This document shows positions 28,756 through 39,861 of a stretch of 64,000 nt of DNA, one piece after another. Positions within the stretch are counted from its first letter, which is position 1. Every line of letters begins with the position of its first letter. The stretch lies in NCBI GenBank assembly GCA_041740215.1, contig JBGSMI010000065.1:38201-102200 (forward strand), given 5' to 3'. The notes under the pieces are model-generated. The model searched no databases. It was not told the origin of the DNA and was given only the letters and a program-made list of their open reading frames with translations. Both the position numbers and the translations under genes were made by a program. Source of the DNA: Ferruginibacter sp. (GTDB lineage Bacteria > Bacteroidota > Bacteroidia > Chitinophagales > Chitinophagaceae).

Positions 28756-29700
28756 TTGAAACAGGTATTATCCTCTCTACTTCTTTTTATTTTGCCTGTC
28801 CTGCTTTTCGCTCAACAGCCGGATAGCCTATTGGCAACGGAAGTTTCCACAATTAAAGGGGATACCATTTTTTCAACACTGGCGGCTGACACATCGCTTT
28901 CAACAGCAGACAGCATCTTTAAAAGAGATACGATTAATCAGCCTGTTTCCTACTCAAATACAATGCAAAAGTTGCTCAATGAAAATCAATTCCTTAATTG
29001 GAAGGATAGTCCGGTGGCAATGGTAAATAAGGTGCGAACCTCCCGTTCGCAGGATCGTTTTTTTTATTTACTTGCAGCCATCGCAGCGATTCTTGGTTTT
29101 TTCCGTTTTTTCTACACACGATATTTTAATAATTTGTTTCGGGTGTTTTTTAATGCTTCTCTACGCCAGAGCCAGTTAACTGATCAGCTTTTGCAAGCTA
29201 AATTACCCTCTCTTTTATTTAATATTTTGTTTGTTTTAAGCGGTGGTGTATACATTTATTTTTTACTTCTCTACTATAACTGGATACTGCCGCAACGTTT
29301 TTGGTTGATGGTTTTATATTGTACCATCAGCTTGGGAATTATATACCTGACAAAATTTATTAGCTTAAAATTTACCGGGTGGTTAACTGGCTATAAGGAA
29401 ATCACAAATACGTATGTGTTTATAATTTTCCTGATCAATAAGATATTAGGTGTGTTATTAATTCCATTTACGGTAATTATCGCCTTTTCAATGCCCACCT
29501 TAGTTACCGTTTCTATAGTTATCTCATTATTGTTAATAGCATTGATGTTTATACTGCGTTTTTTTCGCTCTTATGGATTGTTACAAAGTCAGATGAAAAT
29601 AAGTGGTGTTCATTTTTTTCTTTATGTGGCCGGTATTGAAATACTTCCGGTTTTATTGATATACAAGGGCTTGATACTTTTATTAAGTAAAAGTCTTTAA
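28756..29700 (+). CDS. DUF4271 family membrane protein
   Basis: Signal or TM start (MKQVLSSLLLF) and a multi-TM C-half ending FFLYVAGIEILP; TAATTTTG promoter at 28730-28737 supports TTG 28756; adjacent to hemD as usual in Bacteroidota. Confidence 0.8.
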   Translation: MKQVLSSLLLFILPVLLFAQQPDSLLATEVSTIKGDTIFSTLAADTSLSTADSIFKRDTINQPVSYSNTMQKLLNENQFLNWKDSPVAMVNKVRTSRSQDRFFYLLAAIAAILGFFRFFYTRYFNNLFRVFFNASLRQSQLTDQLLQAKLPSLLFNILFVLSGGVYIYFLLLYYNWILPQRFWLMVLYCTISLGIIYLTKFISLKFTGWLTGYKEITNTYVFIIFLINKILGVLLIPFTVIIAFSMPTLVTVSIVISLLLIALMFILRFFRSYGLLQSQMKISGVHFFLYVAGIEILPVLLIYKGLILLLSKSL

Positions 29701-29775
29701 CTTTGTTGAGTCAGTCACAATATTTTATCCGATATGGTTAACAGTGGAGAAATAAACCAAGCATAAAAAGATAAC

Positions 29776-30526
29776 GTGGTAAAAAAAGTACTAATTACAC
29801 AGCCAAAGCCCGAAGGTGACCGATCTCCCTATTTCGATCTGGCAAAGAAGCATAATATAGAACTGCACTTTTTCCCCTTTATTGTTGTAGATAGTATCCC
29901 TGCAAAAGAGTTTCGGAAACAAAAGATTGAAATCACAAACTATACAGCCATTATTTTCACCAGCCGCCATGCAATTGATAATTTTTTCCGTGCCTGCGAT
30001 GAATTGAAAACTAATATATCACAGGATACTAAATATTTTTGTATTACAGAAGCAATTGCACTCTACCTCCAAAAATTTATTTTATACCGTAAAAGAAAAG
30101 TATTTTATGGTGCAGATGGTACTAATAAGAGTTTATTTGATGTAATCAATAAGCATAAGGATAACGAGAAATTTCTTTACCCCTGCTCTGAGTCATTTGA
30201 TAGTGAAATTACCAACTGGTTGAAGGATCACAATTGCGAATACGCAACTCCTGTGTTATACAGAATTGTAAGCAATGATATCAAGGAAGTAATCGCCAAA
30301 AATTTTGATGTGATCTGTTTGTTTACTCCGGGGGGGTGTAAAAAGCTTGCTTGAAAATTTTCCTGAATTCAAACAGAATGGAACTAAAATAGGTGTTTTT
30401 GGTGCAAACACATTTAAGGCAGCAGAAGACGCCGGTCTTACACTCCATATAAAGGCACCCCAGCCACAAGCGCCCAGTATGGTTAGTGCACTTGAATTAT
30501 ACCTCACCTCATTAAATAAAAAATAG
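29776..30526 (+). pseudogene. hemD: Uroporphyrinogen-III synthase (HemD family), frameshifted in a G7 run
   Basis: The ORF stops at 30354. Removing one G from G7 (30330-30336) restores TPGGVKSLLENFPEFKQNGTKIGVFG...KAPQPQAPSMVSALELYL..* to TAG 30526 (249 aa). This could be a true mutation or a sequencing error. Confidence 0.85.
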
Positions 30527-30710
30527 AATTCACCAATCTGATTTAGATTGGGTTAAAGAAAAGCACTATCGACTAAACTTCTCCTCTTAAATTTTCGTAT
30601 TTCACTTACCGGTTACTAAATAAATGCGTTTTTATATTTATGTATAAATAAATGCAATAATTTGTATTCTCTTTTATTTTAATTATCAGAAAAAAACTGG
30701 CATTAGGTTT

Positions 30711-32795
30711 ATGCAGCACAAGTTCACCAATCGTTTAGTTAAGGAAACCAGCCCATACCTGCTGCAACACGCCCACAATCCGGTTGATTGGTATGCGTGG
30801 GGCGAAGACGCACTTGTAAGAGCCCGATCGGAGAACAAAGTAATTTTGGTTAGCATAGGATATTCTGCTTGTCACTGGTGTCATGTGATGGAGAAGGAAA
30901 GCTTTGAAAATGAAACCGTAGCCCGGTTGATGAATGATTCATTTATCAATATCAAAATTGATAGGGAAGAGCGCCCTGATTTAGATCACATCTATATGGA
31001 TGCAGTTCAGGCAATAAGTGGTAGTGGGGGATGGCCGCTAAATGTTTTTCTAACGCCCGAAGCGAAACCGTTTTTTGGGGGCACTTATTTTCCTCCAATC
31101 AAAGCATTTAACAGATCATCCTGGACGGATGTTTTACAGGGTATTTCATCATCCTGGAGAGATCGAAGACACGAAATAGAATCCCAAGCCGAAAACCTTA
31201 CTGAACATCTGAAGGAATCGAATAATTTCAGTGTGAAGGAAAGCAATATTTCAATGAATGATGTCGGTTCCATTGTATCGAAAGAACAATGTGACTCAAT
31301 GTTTGCTGCAATTATGAAAACGGCAGATACACAGTGGGGCGGTTTTGGAAAAGCGCCTAAATTTCCACAAACCTTTACCATTCAATTTCTATTGCAGTAT
31401 CATTATTTTACAGGAAATGAGCAGGCTTTGCAGCAGGCATTGCTTTCTATAGATAAAATGTTGACTGGCGGGATTTATGATCATGTAGGGGGTGGACTTG
31501 CACGTTACAGTACCGACCACGAATGGCTTGCTCCTCATTTTGAAAAAATGCTTTACGATAATGCGTTACTTATTATTACCTTATGTGATGCCTATCAGCT
31601 AACAGCAGATAGGAAATACAAAGATGCGATACACAAAACAATATTGTTTGTAACCAATGAGTTATTGGATGAGGAAGGTGGGTTTTATGCAGCATTGGAT
31701 GCGGATAGCGAAGGTGAAGAAGGAAAATACTATGTGTGGACAAAGGAGGAAATTGAGCAATTATTGGATGATAATTCAGGACTATTCTGTGATTTCTTTG
31801 ATATATCAGAAGAAGGTAATTGGGAGGGTAAGAATATTTTAAGAGTATTATTGCCACCAGATTCCTTTTTAAAAGGTAAGAACATTAAAGCAGAACAGTT
31901 TTTGCAAAATTTAAACCGTTGTCTTCAAAAGTTATCAACACACCGGAATACTCGTGTAAAACCAGCATTGGATGATAAGATTCTATTAGGATGGAATGCA
32001 CTCATGATGCGTGCGGTTGCGAAAGCAGGCGTTGTTCTTGGAAATGAGGCGTATAAAACTTTAGCGGTGAAAAACTTTGAGTTCGTTATGGACAGATTCA
32101 AAGACGGAAACAAAGGTGTAGGATTAAAGCACACTTATAAGAATGGTTTTGCTAATTATCCAGCCTTTTTAGATGATTATGCATATCTGATAGCGGCATC
32201 TATTCAACTTTATGAAACTACCCTAAATGATATATATATGCAAAAGGCATATGACCTTTGCGAATATGTAATTGAAAATTTTACTGATGAAGCGGATACA
32301 TTTTTTTATTTTACGGAAGTAGGACAGAAAGATGTAATAATACGAAAAAAGGAGATATATGATGGAGCTACGCCTTCTGGAAACGCAACAATGGCTGAAA
32401 ATTTGTTTCACCTGGCAATCATTTTTGATAAGCCCGATTGGAAAGTGCGAGCAATAAAGATGTTAGAATTATTATTACCCTCTATCATCAAATATCCAGG
32501 ATCGTTTGGAATTTGGGGGTCATTATTGCTTCAGCAGAATGCTGGAATGAATGAAATCGCTATAATTGGAACCGATCATGTTGCAGTAACAAGTAATGTA
32601 TTGTTAAACTTTATTCCTAATTTAATTGTAATGTCTGCGGCAACTGAAAATAAGCGATTTCCATTGTTGGCAAATAAGCCAGAGGCTACAACAGTATTGA
32701 TTTATCTGTGTAAAAACTACGCTTGTTTGCCACCTGTTTCGGATATACAATTATTAATGGAAGCCATTGATAATACAAATAAAATAACAAGATAA
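30711..32795 (+). CDS. Thioredoxin domain-containing protein (YyaL/SPATA20 family)
   Basis: [38 protein letters not shown] and [11 protein letters not shown]. Confidence 0.95.
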   Translation: MQHKFTNRLVKETSPYLLQHAHNPVDWYAWGEDALVRARSENKVILVSIGYSACHWCHVMEKESFENETVARLMNDSFINIKIDREERPDLDHIYMDAVQAISGSGGWPLNVFLTPEAKPFFGGTYFPPIKAFNRSSWTDVLQGISSSWRDRRHEIESQAENLTEHLKESNNFSVKESNISMNDVGSIVSKEQCDSMFAAIMKTADTQWGGFGKAPKFPQTFTIQFLLQYHYFTGNEQALQQALLSIDKMLTGGIYDHVGGGLARYSTDHEWLAPHFEKMLYDNALLIITLCDAYQLTADRKYKDAIHKTILFVTNELLDEEGGFYAALDADSEGEEGKYYVWTKEEIEQLLDDNSGLFCDFFDISEEGNWEGKNILRVLLPPDSFLKGKNIKAEQFLQNLNRCLQKLSTHRNTRVKPALDDKILLGWNALMMRAVAKAGVVLGNEAYKTLAVKNFEFVMDRFKDGNKGVGLKHTYKNGFANYPAFLDDYAYLIAASIQLYETTLNDIYMQKAYDLCEYVIENFTDEADTFFYFTEVGQKDVIIRKKEIYDGATPSGNATMAENLFHLAIIFDKPDWKVRAIKMLELLLPSIIKYPGSFGIWGSLLLQQNAGMNEIAIIGTDHVAVTSNVLLNFIPNLIVMSAATENKRFPLLANKPEATTVLIYLCKNYACLPPVSDIQLLMEAIDNTNKITR

Positions 32796-32903
32796 AGGCA
32801 CAATATTTTAGTTTGTTGTTCGTTTTTAATCTTGTGCTATTAAACATTATAATAAAATGATAGTGCAATGTGTAACGAGAAGAGCATAGTTCAAAATAAT
32901 CAT

Positions 32904-32911
32904 TACATTTG
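32904..32911 (+). promoter_or_regulatory. -7 box (TACATTTG) of the gldKLMN operon
   Basis: TAnnTTTG match 22 nt before ATG 32934. Confidence 0.6.
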
Positions 32912-32933
32912 CCATACCCTCAAAGTTAAAACA

Positions 32934-34226
32934 ATGAAGAACAATTCATTAACTATTATAGCCGTAGTGGCTATTGCATCTCTGTCTGGCTGTAAAATGT
33001 TAGGCAAAAGTAAAAAAGGTCAAGACCTGCCTAATGATGGCCAGTTGTACGGAGTTGCATCTGCCAAAAGCTGGAGTCTTCCAAAGCCTCCGGGAATGGT
33101 GTACATTCCACCTGGAACCTTTCATATGGGGCCCAGCGATGAGGACGTAAACTATGCTTACACAGCCCGTAACAAGCAGGTATCCATAAGTGGCTTCTGG
33201 ATGGATGCCACTGAAATTACAAACAACGAGTTCCGTCAGTTTACAAATTGGGTAAGAGATTCTATTGCTGCAAAGCAGATGGGATTCATCAAGCAAGCGC
33301 CGGATGGAAATGAGTACATAGACTGGAAGAAAGCCAAAACGATTAAATGGGGTGATAAAGCCACTATGGAAAAAATTGACGCCATGATCGTTACGCCGGA
33401 TAATCGTATTTTCAATAAAAAGGAGATAGACCCTGCTAAATTGATTTACCATTCTGAAACATTTGATTACAAAGAAGCGTCTAGGAGGGAGAATGCAGGC
33501 GTTCAGCGGTCTAAATTCATTGTGAAAAAAGATATACCAATTTATCCGGATTCTTTGTGCTGGGTAAGAGATTTCGCCTATGCTTACAACGAACCAATGG
33601 CAAAAAAGTACTACAGTCATCCAGCATTTGGTAACTATCCTGTAGTGGGTGTTTCCTGGAAGCAAGCCACTGCCTTCTGCGAATGGAGAACACAATATTT
33701 AAACGGATTTCTCGAGTCTAAAAAAAGAATCACCGAATCGGATTTCCGTCTTCCTACCGAAGCGCAGTGGGAATATGCAGCACGTGGTGGCCGGTCACAA
33801 TCGCCTTACCCCTGGGGCGGACCTTATTTACGAAACAGAAAAGGTTGTTTGTTGGCTAACTTCAAACCAGGCCGTGGTAATTATCCGGAAGATGGTGGTT
33901 TTTACACTGTTAGAGCTGATGCGTATTGGCCAAATGATTTTGGATTATACAATATGTCTGGAAATGTGGCCGAGTGGACTTCCTCATTGTATTATGAAGG
34001 TGGATATAATTTTCAACATGATATGAACCCTGATATTCGTTGGAATGCAAAAGATACCGACCCTCCCCGCATGAAGCGCAAAGTGATCCGTGGTGGTAGT
34101 TGGAAGGATGTAGGATATTTTCTGCAAACAAGTACCAGAAATTATGAGTACCAGGATACCACAAAGTCTTACATAGGATTTCGTTGCGTAATCGACTTAC
34201 CTCCTGTAATGAGAAAAGGCAAGTAA
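32934..34226 (+). CDS. gldK: T9SS/gliding ring lipoprotein GldK (PorK)
   Basis: Lipobox LSGC, FGE-sulfatase-like domain (FWMDATEITN, YPVVGVSW, RLPTEAQWEYAARGG), first gene of gldKLMN; start moved to ATG 32934. Confidence 0.93.
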   Translation: MKNNSLTIIAVVAIASLSGCKMLGKSKKGQDLPNDGQLYGVASAKSWSLPKPPGMVYIPPGTFHMGPSDEDVNYAYTARNKQVSISGFWMDATEITNNEFRQFTNWVRDSIAAKQMGFIKQAPDGNEYIDWKKAKTIKWGDKATMEKIDAMIVTPDNRIFNKKEIDPAKLIYHSETFDYKEASRRENAGVQRSKFIVKKDIPIYPDSLCWVRDFAYAYNEPMAKKYYSHPAFGNYPVVGVSWKQATAFCEWRTQYLNGFLESKKRITESDFRLPTEAQWEYAARGGRSQSPYPWGGPYLRNRKGCLLANFKPGRGNYPEDGGFYTVRADAYWPNDFGLYNMSGNVAEWTSSLYYEGGYNFQHDMNPDIRWNAKDTDPPRMKRKVIRGGSWKDVGYFLQTSTRNYEYQDTTKSYIGFRCVIDLPPVMRKGK

Positions 34227-34348
34227 TCATTTCCAAAATTAAATGTAACGTATGAGAAGATACTTATAAGCAAATTATGAGCAGAGAGTATTATGCGTAG
34301 AAAATAATAAATTCAACCCCTCAATTAAATTTTAAAATTCAAAAAATC

Positions 34349-35107
34349 ATGGCTGCTGGTCAATCTCGTCCAATCGATCGTATTCTTAACATTTTAGTAT
34401 CTGCGGCTGCGGTGCCGGTATTGTTAGGTGCGCTGTTCAAAATTACTCACGCTCCGGGAGCTGATACCTGGTTAAAAATTGGTTTGTATGTGGAGGCAGG
34501 TATATTTTTAGGGTATGCTTTGTTATACGTATTTGCGCCGCCGCCAGAAGGCCATATTCCTGCGGCAGTGCCAGTGGAGTCTGGTAACCCTGCGCTGAAA
34601 AGTATGGATAAAATGCTACAGGAAGCTGATATCACTCCAACAAATTTGAAAAAATTGAGCGAAAGTTTTTCGAAATTAGGCTCTACAGTTGGTGGATTAT
34701 CTGATATCGGCGATATCGTAAAGTCGACAAACGAATTTGGTACCAAGACGAAAGAAGCAACTCTGGCAATTGGAACGATGTCAACTGCATTTAATAACAG
34801 TGCAAGTACAATGTCTTCTTTTAATAATGCATCTGAAAGCGCCAAAGGTTTCCATGAGCAAGTGCAGGTGCTTACTAAAAACCTTGGAAGTTTAAATACT
34901 ATTTACGAATTGGAATTGAAAGAAAGTAATAACCACTTAAAAGCATTGAATAGTTTTTATGGTAAAATGGCTGAAGCTAGTAGCGCTATGATGAATAGTG
35001 TGGACGATGCCAATAAAGCGAAGGATCAAATTAGCTTATTAGCCGGTAATCTGGGAAAATTAAACTCGGTGTATGGCAACATGCTAAGTGCAATGCAGGT
35101 TAAATAA
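34349..35107 (+). CDS. gldL: T9SS/gliding motor stator GldL (PorL)
   Basis: Two N-terminal TM helices (GALFKITH; GLYVEAGIF with the conserved Glu), coiled-coil body, end LNSVYGNMLSAM. Confidence 0.94.
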   Translation: MAAGQSRPIDRILNILVSAAAVPVLLGALFKITHAPGADTWLKIGLYVEAGIFLGYALLYVFAPPPEGHIPAAVPVESGNPALKSMDKMLQEADITPTNLKKLSESFSKLGSTVGGLSDIGDIVKSTNEFGTKTKEATLAIGTMSTAFNNSASTMSSFNNASESAKGFHEQVQVLTKNLGSLNTIYELELKESNNHLKALNSFYGKMAEASSAMMNSVDDANKAKDQISLLAGNLGKLNSVYGNMLSAMQVK

Positions 35108-35124
35108 AACTTTTATTGATTCGA

Positions 35125-35157
35125 ATTAACGACACCAACAGAATGAATGTCGTTAAT
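35125..35157 (+). other. Intercistronic hairpin between gldL and gldM
   Basis: ATTAACGACA-N13-TGTCGTTAAT, a perfect 10-bp stem. Confidence 0.65.
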
Positions 35158-35221
35158 GACGATGGAAATAGGAAAGAAGCAATCAATCAATTCAAAAAAA
35201 CAAACGTAAATCTGAAATACT

Positions 35222-36730
35222 ATGGCTTTACCTAAAGAGCCCCGGCAGAAGATGATCAACTTGATGTATTTGGTGTTAACAGCTTTGCTGGCATTAAATG
35301 TATCTAGTGAGATCCTGAACGCCTTTAAAGTGGTTGATACCAGTTTGCAGAACTCAAGTAATAATCTTGCTGCAGCTAACAGTACATTATACAAATCTTT
35401 AAACGATAAACTCGCTGACTCAAAGACAGCAGACAAGGCAAAAATTTGGCAACCCAAAGCTGAACAGGCAAAAAAATTGTCGGATGAAATGACCAGCTAT
35501 ATCGAAGGTTTGAAAAAAGATCTTAAAAACGCTGCCGGGCTGGAAGTGGTAGATGGAAAAGAATCCTTTAAAGAAGATAACCTTGAAGCTGCATCACGTT
35601 TATTTGGAACTGAAGGAAAAGGAAAACAGTTGGAGGCAAAATTAATCGCTTATAAAGCGGCCATGCTTGCCATTGATCCAGCTATCAAAGTAAAATTTGA
35701 AAAAACTTTGCCAGTAGATGTCGAGCCTCCGATTGGACAGGATGGTACAAAAAAGGATTTTACGACTGCATATTTCAACATGACTCCTACAGTAGCAGGA
35801 TTGACTTTGCTAAGTAAATTCCAAAACAATATTAAAAATGCAGAAAATCAGGTTGTTACTTATTGCCACGAACAAATTGGCGCAGTAGCTGTAATATTTG
35901 ATAAGACCGGTGTTCTTGTTGGTCAGACATCAAACTACGTAATGCCTGGACAAGAAGTCTCCATTACTGCAGGTATTGGTGCTTACAGCTCAGCAGCCCA
36001 ACCTCAGATTTCTATTGGTGGCTCCAGTGTTCCAGTTATTGATGGTAAAGGAACATACAAAGTGTTAGCAAGTGGTTCCGGTGTACGTAATGTACCTGTT
36101 ACCATTCGATATCTTGATCAGAACGGTGTTGCTCAAACAAGTACGGAAGAAGTGAAATATACGGTCGGAACACCAGGCGGCGCAGCGGTCATGTTGGATA
36201 AAATGAACGTTTTTTACATTGGCGTAGATAATCCAATTACAATTTCCTCTGGCTCTGGCTGGGATAAAACGAACGTTTCTATGTCTGGTGGAACACTTAG
36301 TGGCTCAAACGGAAATAGGGTTGCACGTGTAACTACTCCGGGAAAAGCATCAATAACGGTAACCGCAGATGGAAAAACGACTCCCTTTGATTTTAGAGTA
36401 AAGGAGATTCCTAATCCAATATTTAAGGTTGGACCGGGCGGCACAAGAATGACGTCTGGTAGTTTCAAGAGCCAGCAATATTGCAGGGCGGAGTTAGAGA
36501 ACTTTGATTTTGCTGCAAACTTTAGTGTAGTAAGTGCTACGGTTTATTTTTCTGGTGCAAATTTTGCAAATGTGCAAACTCAAACACTCAACGGAAACAA
36601 TTTATCACCACTTAGTGCGTTAATTCAAAGAGCCGGTCCTGGAACAAGCGTTACTTTTGATAATGTCAAGGTTCAGGGACCAGATGGTAAGCAGCGGACT
36701 ATTCAGGGTGTAGGTATAGTGTTATATTAA
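35222..36730 (+). CDS. gldM: T9SS/gliding motor rotor GldM (PorM)
   Basis: PRQKMINLMYLVLTALLALNVSSEILNAF signature. Confidence 0.96.
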   Translation: MALPKEPRQKMINLMYLVLTALLALNVSSEILNAFKVVDTSLQNSSNNLAAANSTLYKSLNDKLADSKTADKAKIWQPKAEQAKKLSDEMTSYIEGLKKDLKNAAGLEVVDGKESFKEDNLEAASRLFGTEGKGKQLEAKLIAYKAAMLAIDPAIKVKFEKTLPVDVEPPIGQDGTKKDFTTAYFNMTPTVAGLTLLSKFQNNIKNAENQVVTYCHEQIGAVAVIFDKTGVLVGQTSNYVMPGQEVSITAGIGAYSSAAQPQISIGGSSVPVIDGKGTYKVLASGSGVRNVPVTIRYLDQNGVAQTSTEEVKYTVGTPGGAAVMLDKMNVFYIGVDNPITISSGSGWDKTNVSMSGGTLSGSNGNRVARVTTPGKASITVTADGKTTPFDFRVKEIPNPIFKVGPGGTRMTSGSFKSQQYCRAELENFDFAANFSVVSATVYFSGANFANVQTQTLNGNNLSPLSALIQRAGPGTSVTFDNVKVQGPDGKQRTIQGVGIVLY

Positions 36731-36749
36731 AATTTTAAAAAATCATGCA

Positions 36750-37793
36750 ATGATAAAGCATTCTGTAAAGTTTATTGTATTATTTGTTTTCATGAGCTTT
36801 AGTGTTATGATGGCGCAGGCTCAAAAAAAACCGGTGAAAAAGCGTACTGTTCAAAAGCGTACGAATACCACAAAAACAACCAAGGCAAAAACCAAGGCTA
36901 AAATTACGCCAACAGCACAGGTTGATTCTGTTGCTTCGGTAGCTGCTGCCCCTCCACCACCAGCTCCAAGAATTGATAGTTTGCCTATCCCGAAAGTAAA
37001 AAAATCACTTCGTCCTGATGAAGCGGTTGAAACAAAGGATATCCGGGATAGAACTCCCCTGGCATATGAGCACATTAGGGTTGATGATGCAGTTTTTCGT
37101 CATAAAATATGGCGTGAAATAGATACCAGAGAGAAAATGAATTTGCCTTTCAGGTATTCAGCTAATGAAAACAATGGTAATCAACGATTTATTTCAATCA
37201 TTATGAAAGCAATCCAAGATAGTGCTGTTACTGTTTTTGATGCCATTGATGACAGGTTTACCACACCACTAACCATATCGCAGGTTGCTCAAAAGATTTC
37301 CGGTGATGTTGAAGTCGTAGATATTTATGGGCCTGATGGAACTAAAACCGGAACTAAAGAAGTTGTTAGAGAAGTGAATCTTGATTCATTTTATAAATTC
37401 AGAATTAAAGAAGAAGTGATTTTCGATAAAGAAACTTCACGCTTATTTTGGAGAATCCTGGGGATAGCACCTTTAAAGAGGGTAATTACTTCGACTGGAG
37501 TAGACCTTGGTGAATCAGAAATGTTTTGGGTCTACTATCCTGATATGAGGCCAATATTTGCAAAATATGAGGTGTATAATGGTAAGAATTTTGGAGCAAG
37601 AATGAGTTGGGAAGAATTATTTGAAAGCCGGATGTTTAGCGGAAGAATAATTAAAAGTACCATCGATAATCCCTTTGATATGCCCATTAAAGATCAAAAG
37701 GGTTTACAGGAGAATGGTGTTTTCCAACTGTTAGAGGGGGAAAGAATTAAAGAAAAGATATTTAACTACGAGCAGGATTTATGGAGTTACTAA
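36750..37793 (+). CDS. gldN: T9SS/gliding protein GldN (PorN)
   Basis: PLAYEHIRVDD..WREID.REKMNLPF, FDKETSRL..RILGIAP and end IFNYEQDLWSY. Confidence 0.95.
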   Translation: MIKHSVKFIVLFVFMSFSVMMAQAQKKPVKKRTVQKRTNTTKTTKAKTKAKITPTAQVDSVASVAAAPPPPAPRIDSLPIPKVKKSLRPDEAVETKDIRDRTPLAYEHIRVDDAVFRHKIWREIDTREKMNLPFRYSANENNGNQRFISIIMKAIQDSAVTVFDAIDDRFTTPLTISQVAQKISGDVEVVDIYGPDGTKTGTKEVVREVNLDSFYKFRIKEEVIFDKETSRLFWRILGIAPLKRVITSTGVDLGESEMFWVYYPDMRPIFAKYEVYNGKNFGARMSWEELFESRMFSGRIIKSTIDNPFDMPIKDQKGLQENGVFQLLEGERIKEKIFNYEQDLWSY

Positions 37794-37811
37794 TTTGTAA
37801 TTTAATGATAT

Positions 37812-37843
37812 AAAAAGGCCCCAGTGAAAACCGGGGCCTTTTT
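37812..37843. terminator. Bidirectional intrinsic terminator between gldN and uvrC
   Basis: AAAAAGGCCCC-N10-GGGGCCTTTTT. Confidence 0.9.
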
Positions 37844-37884
37844 ATTTATGCAACCATAAGTTTAATTTGTATGTTTGTATTTGC

Positions 37885-39702
37885 CTAAGCAATATCATTA
37901 ATCGTGCTGAAATAATTAGTGATTATTTTTGCTTTCGAGTTACCAATTACGGACGCAAGCTCATCAGTAGATTTTGCTTTAATATTTTTTACAGATTTGA
38001 AAGTTTTAAGAAGTATGTCAATGGTTGCTTTGCCGATCCCTTCTATTTGTTCAAATTCATTTTTTAATGTGCCCTTGCTTCGTTGGTTTCGGTGAAATGT
38101 AATTCCAAACCGATGTACCTCATCTCTTATTCTCCGGATTAACTTTAGGCTTTCGCTATCCCATGGTAATTTTTTTGATTCCTGGTCTCCATAGAAAAAT
38201 AACTCTTCTTCGTTTTTTGCGAGGCCAACCAGGGTTGTTTTCCCTTCCAGCTTCAATATTTTTATACTTTCCATTGCAGAACTTAACTGCCCTTTACCAC
38301 CATCAATAATTACCAGTTGAGGAAAGGGTTTATTCTCCTCCGAAAGTCGTTTATAACGGCGATAGACAACTTCTGCCATGGTTGCGAAATCATTGATGCC
38401 TACCACTGTTTTAACATTGTATCTCCTGTATTCATCTTTGCTTGGTTGTCCGTTTTTAAAACAAACCATGGCCGATACCGGGTAGCTCCCCTGAAAATTA
38501 GAATTATCAAAACATTCAATATGGGTAGGAATTGCCGAAAGTTGTAAATCTTTTTGCAACTGCATCAACACGGCATTTACTTCAATTGAGGTTTTATCTT
38601 CCAGCAGCAACATTTTATTTCGCTTCAATTCTTCTTTAAAATAGTTGACATTTTTTTCGGAAAGATCCAACAGCTTTTTTTTGTCGCCAGCCTGTGGTAT
38701 GGTAATGGTGATTTCTTTTTGAGGGTAGTCGATTGCAATTGGTATGATAATTTCTTTTGCCTCACTATTAAAAGTATCTCTTAATTGAGCCACAGCAAAA
38801 CCCAAAACCTCAGCCTCGGCCTCGTCCAGTTTCTTTTTAAGGGTAATTGTTTTGGTCAATACGATACTACCATTACTTACAGCTAAATAGTTCACGTAAG
38901 CGGTGTCACCTTCCTCCAAAATGCTAAAAACATCTACTGTGCCAGTGCGTTCATTTACAATGGTAGATTTTGCTTTATACACCTGTAAATGATCCAGCTT
39001 TTTTTTAATTAATGCTGCTTTTTCAAATTCAAGATGGTCAACATGCCGGTGCATCTCTTCTTTGAATTGATGAATCACTGGCGAAAGGTTACCCTTCAGT
39101 AAATTTTTTAGTTGATCAATCCCATTATTGTAGTTGTCGAAAGACTGTAGTCCTTCGCAGGGGCCTTTGCAGTTTCCAAGGTGGTACTCCAGGCATACCT
39201 TAAATTTACCTTTTTCTATATTGGTTTTAGTTAGATTTAATTTGCAGGTTCTTAACTGAATATTTTGTTTAATGAAATTCAACAATTCCCTCACTTTGCC
39301 AACCGATGTATAAGGGCCAAGGTATTGTGATCCATCATTTATCTTTTTTCTGGTAAAAAATACTCGGGGAAAAGGTTCGTTTTTGATAACAATGTAAGGA
39401 TACGTCTTGTCATCTTTCAGGTTGATATTAAATAGTGGTTGGAAATTTTTTATCAAAGAATTTTCTAATAAAAATGCGTCTTGTTCACTATTTACAATTG
39501 TAAACTCAATTTTACGAATGCGTTGAACCAGTTCGTGTGTTTTGTAATTAACATAGGTTTTTGAAAAGTAGGAACTAACTCTTTTACGAAGACTTTTTGC
39601 TTTTCCTACGTACAGCAATTCATTTTTGGCATCATAATATTTGTATATGCCAGGCTGTAGTGGGATGGTGTTTGCTAATGCTGAAAATTCCTGTTGTGTC
39701 AT
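37885..39702 (-). CDS. uvrC: Excinuclease ABC subunit C
   Basis: GIY-YIG (PGIYKYY..LLYVGKAKSLRKRV), IECFDNS, IDGGKGQL, RDEVHRF and a C-terminal HhH. Confidence 0.97.
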   Translation of the reverse strand: MTQQEFSALANTIPLQPGIYKYYDAKNELLYVGKAKSLRKRVSSYFSKTYVNYKTHELVQRIRKIEFTIVNSEQDAFLLENSLIKNFQPLFNINLKDDKTYPYIVIKNEPFPRVFFTRKKINDGSQYLGPYTSVGKVRELLNFIKQNIQLRTCKLNLTKTNIEKGKFKVCLEYHLGNCKGPCEGLQSFDNYNNGIDQLKNLLKGNLSPVIHQFKEEMHRHVDHLEFEKAALIKKKLDHLQVYKAKSTIVNERTGTVDVFSILEEGDTAYVNYLAVSNGSIVLTKTITLKKKLDEAEAEVLGFAVAQLRDTFNSEAKEIIIPIAIDYPQKEITITIPQAGDKKKLLDLSEKNVNYFKEELKRNKMLLLEDKTSIEVNAVLMQLQKDLQLSAIPTHIECFDNSNFQGSYPVSAMVCFKNGQPSKDEYRRYNVKTVVGINDFATMAEVVYRRYKRLSEENKPFPQLVIIDGGKGQLSSAMESIKILKLEGKTTLVGLAKNEEELFFYGDQESKKLPWDSESLKLIRRIRDEVHRFGITFHRNQRSKGTLKNEFEQIEGIGKATIDILLKTFKSVKNIKAKSTDELASVIGNSKAKIITNYFSTINDIA

Positions 39703-39861
39703 TATTTAAAAATAGAGCGTAAGTAGTATAACCAAAACTGTCAATACTTGTTTAGTGAGATAGTTCATTTTCGGTCTTGAAATCACTCGTAATATAGGCG
39801 GTTAAAATATTAGATGGTTGGATCAAATAGGCGTTAAGGCTATGCTGTAAAATCCATTGTG

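Noticed and set aside
33000-33695. 231-aa minus-strand ORF within gldK
   Set aside because: Long antisense ORF with no motifs, lying wholly opposite a conserved gene
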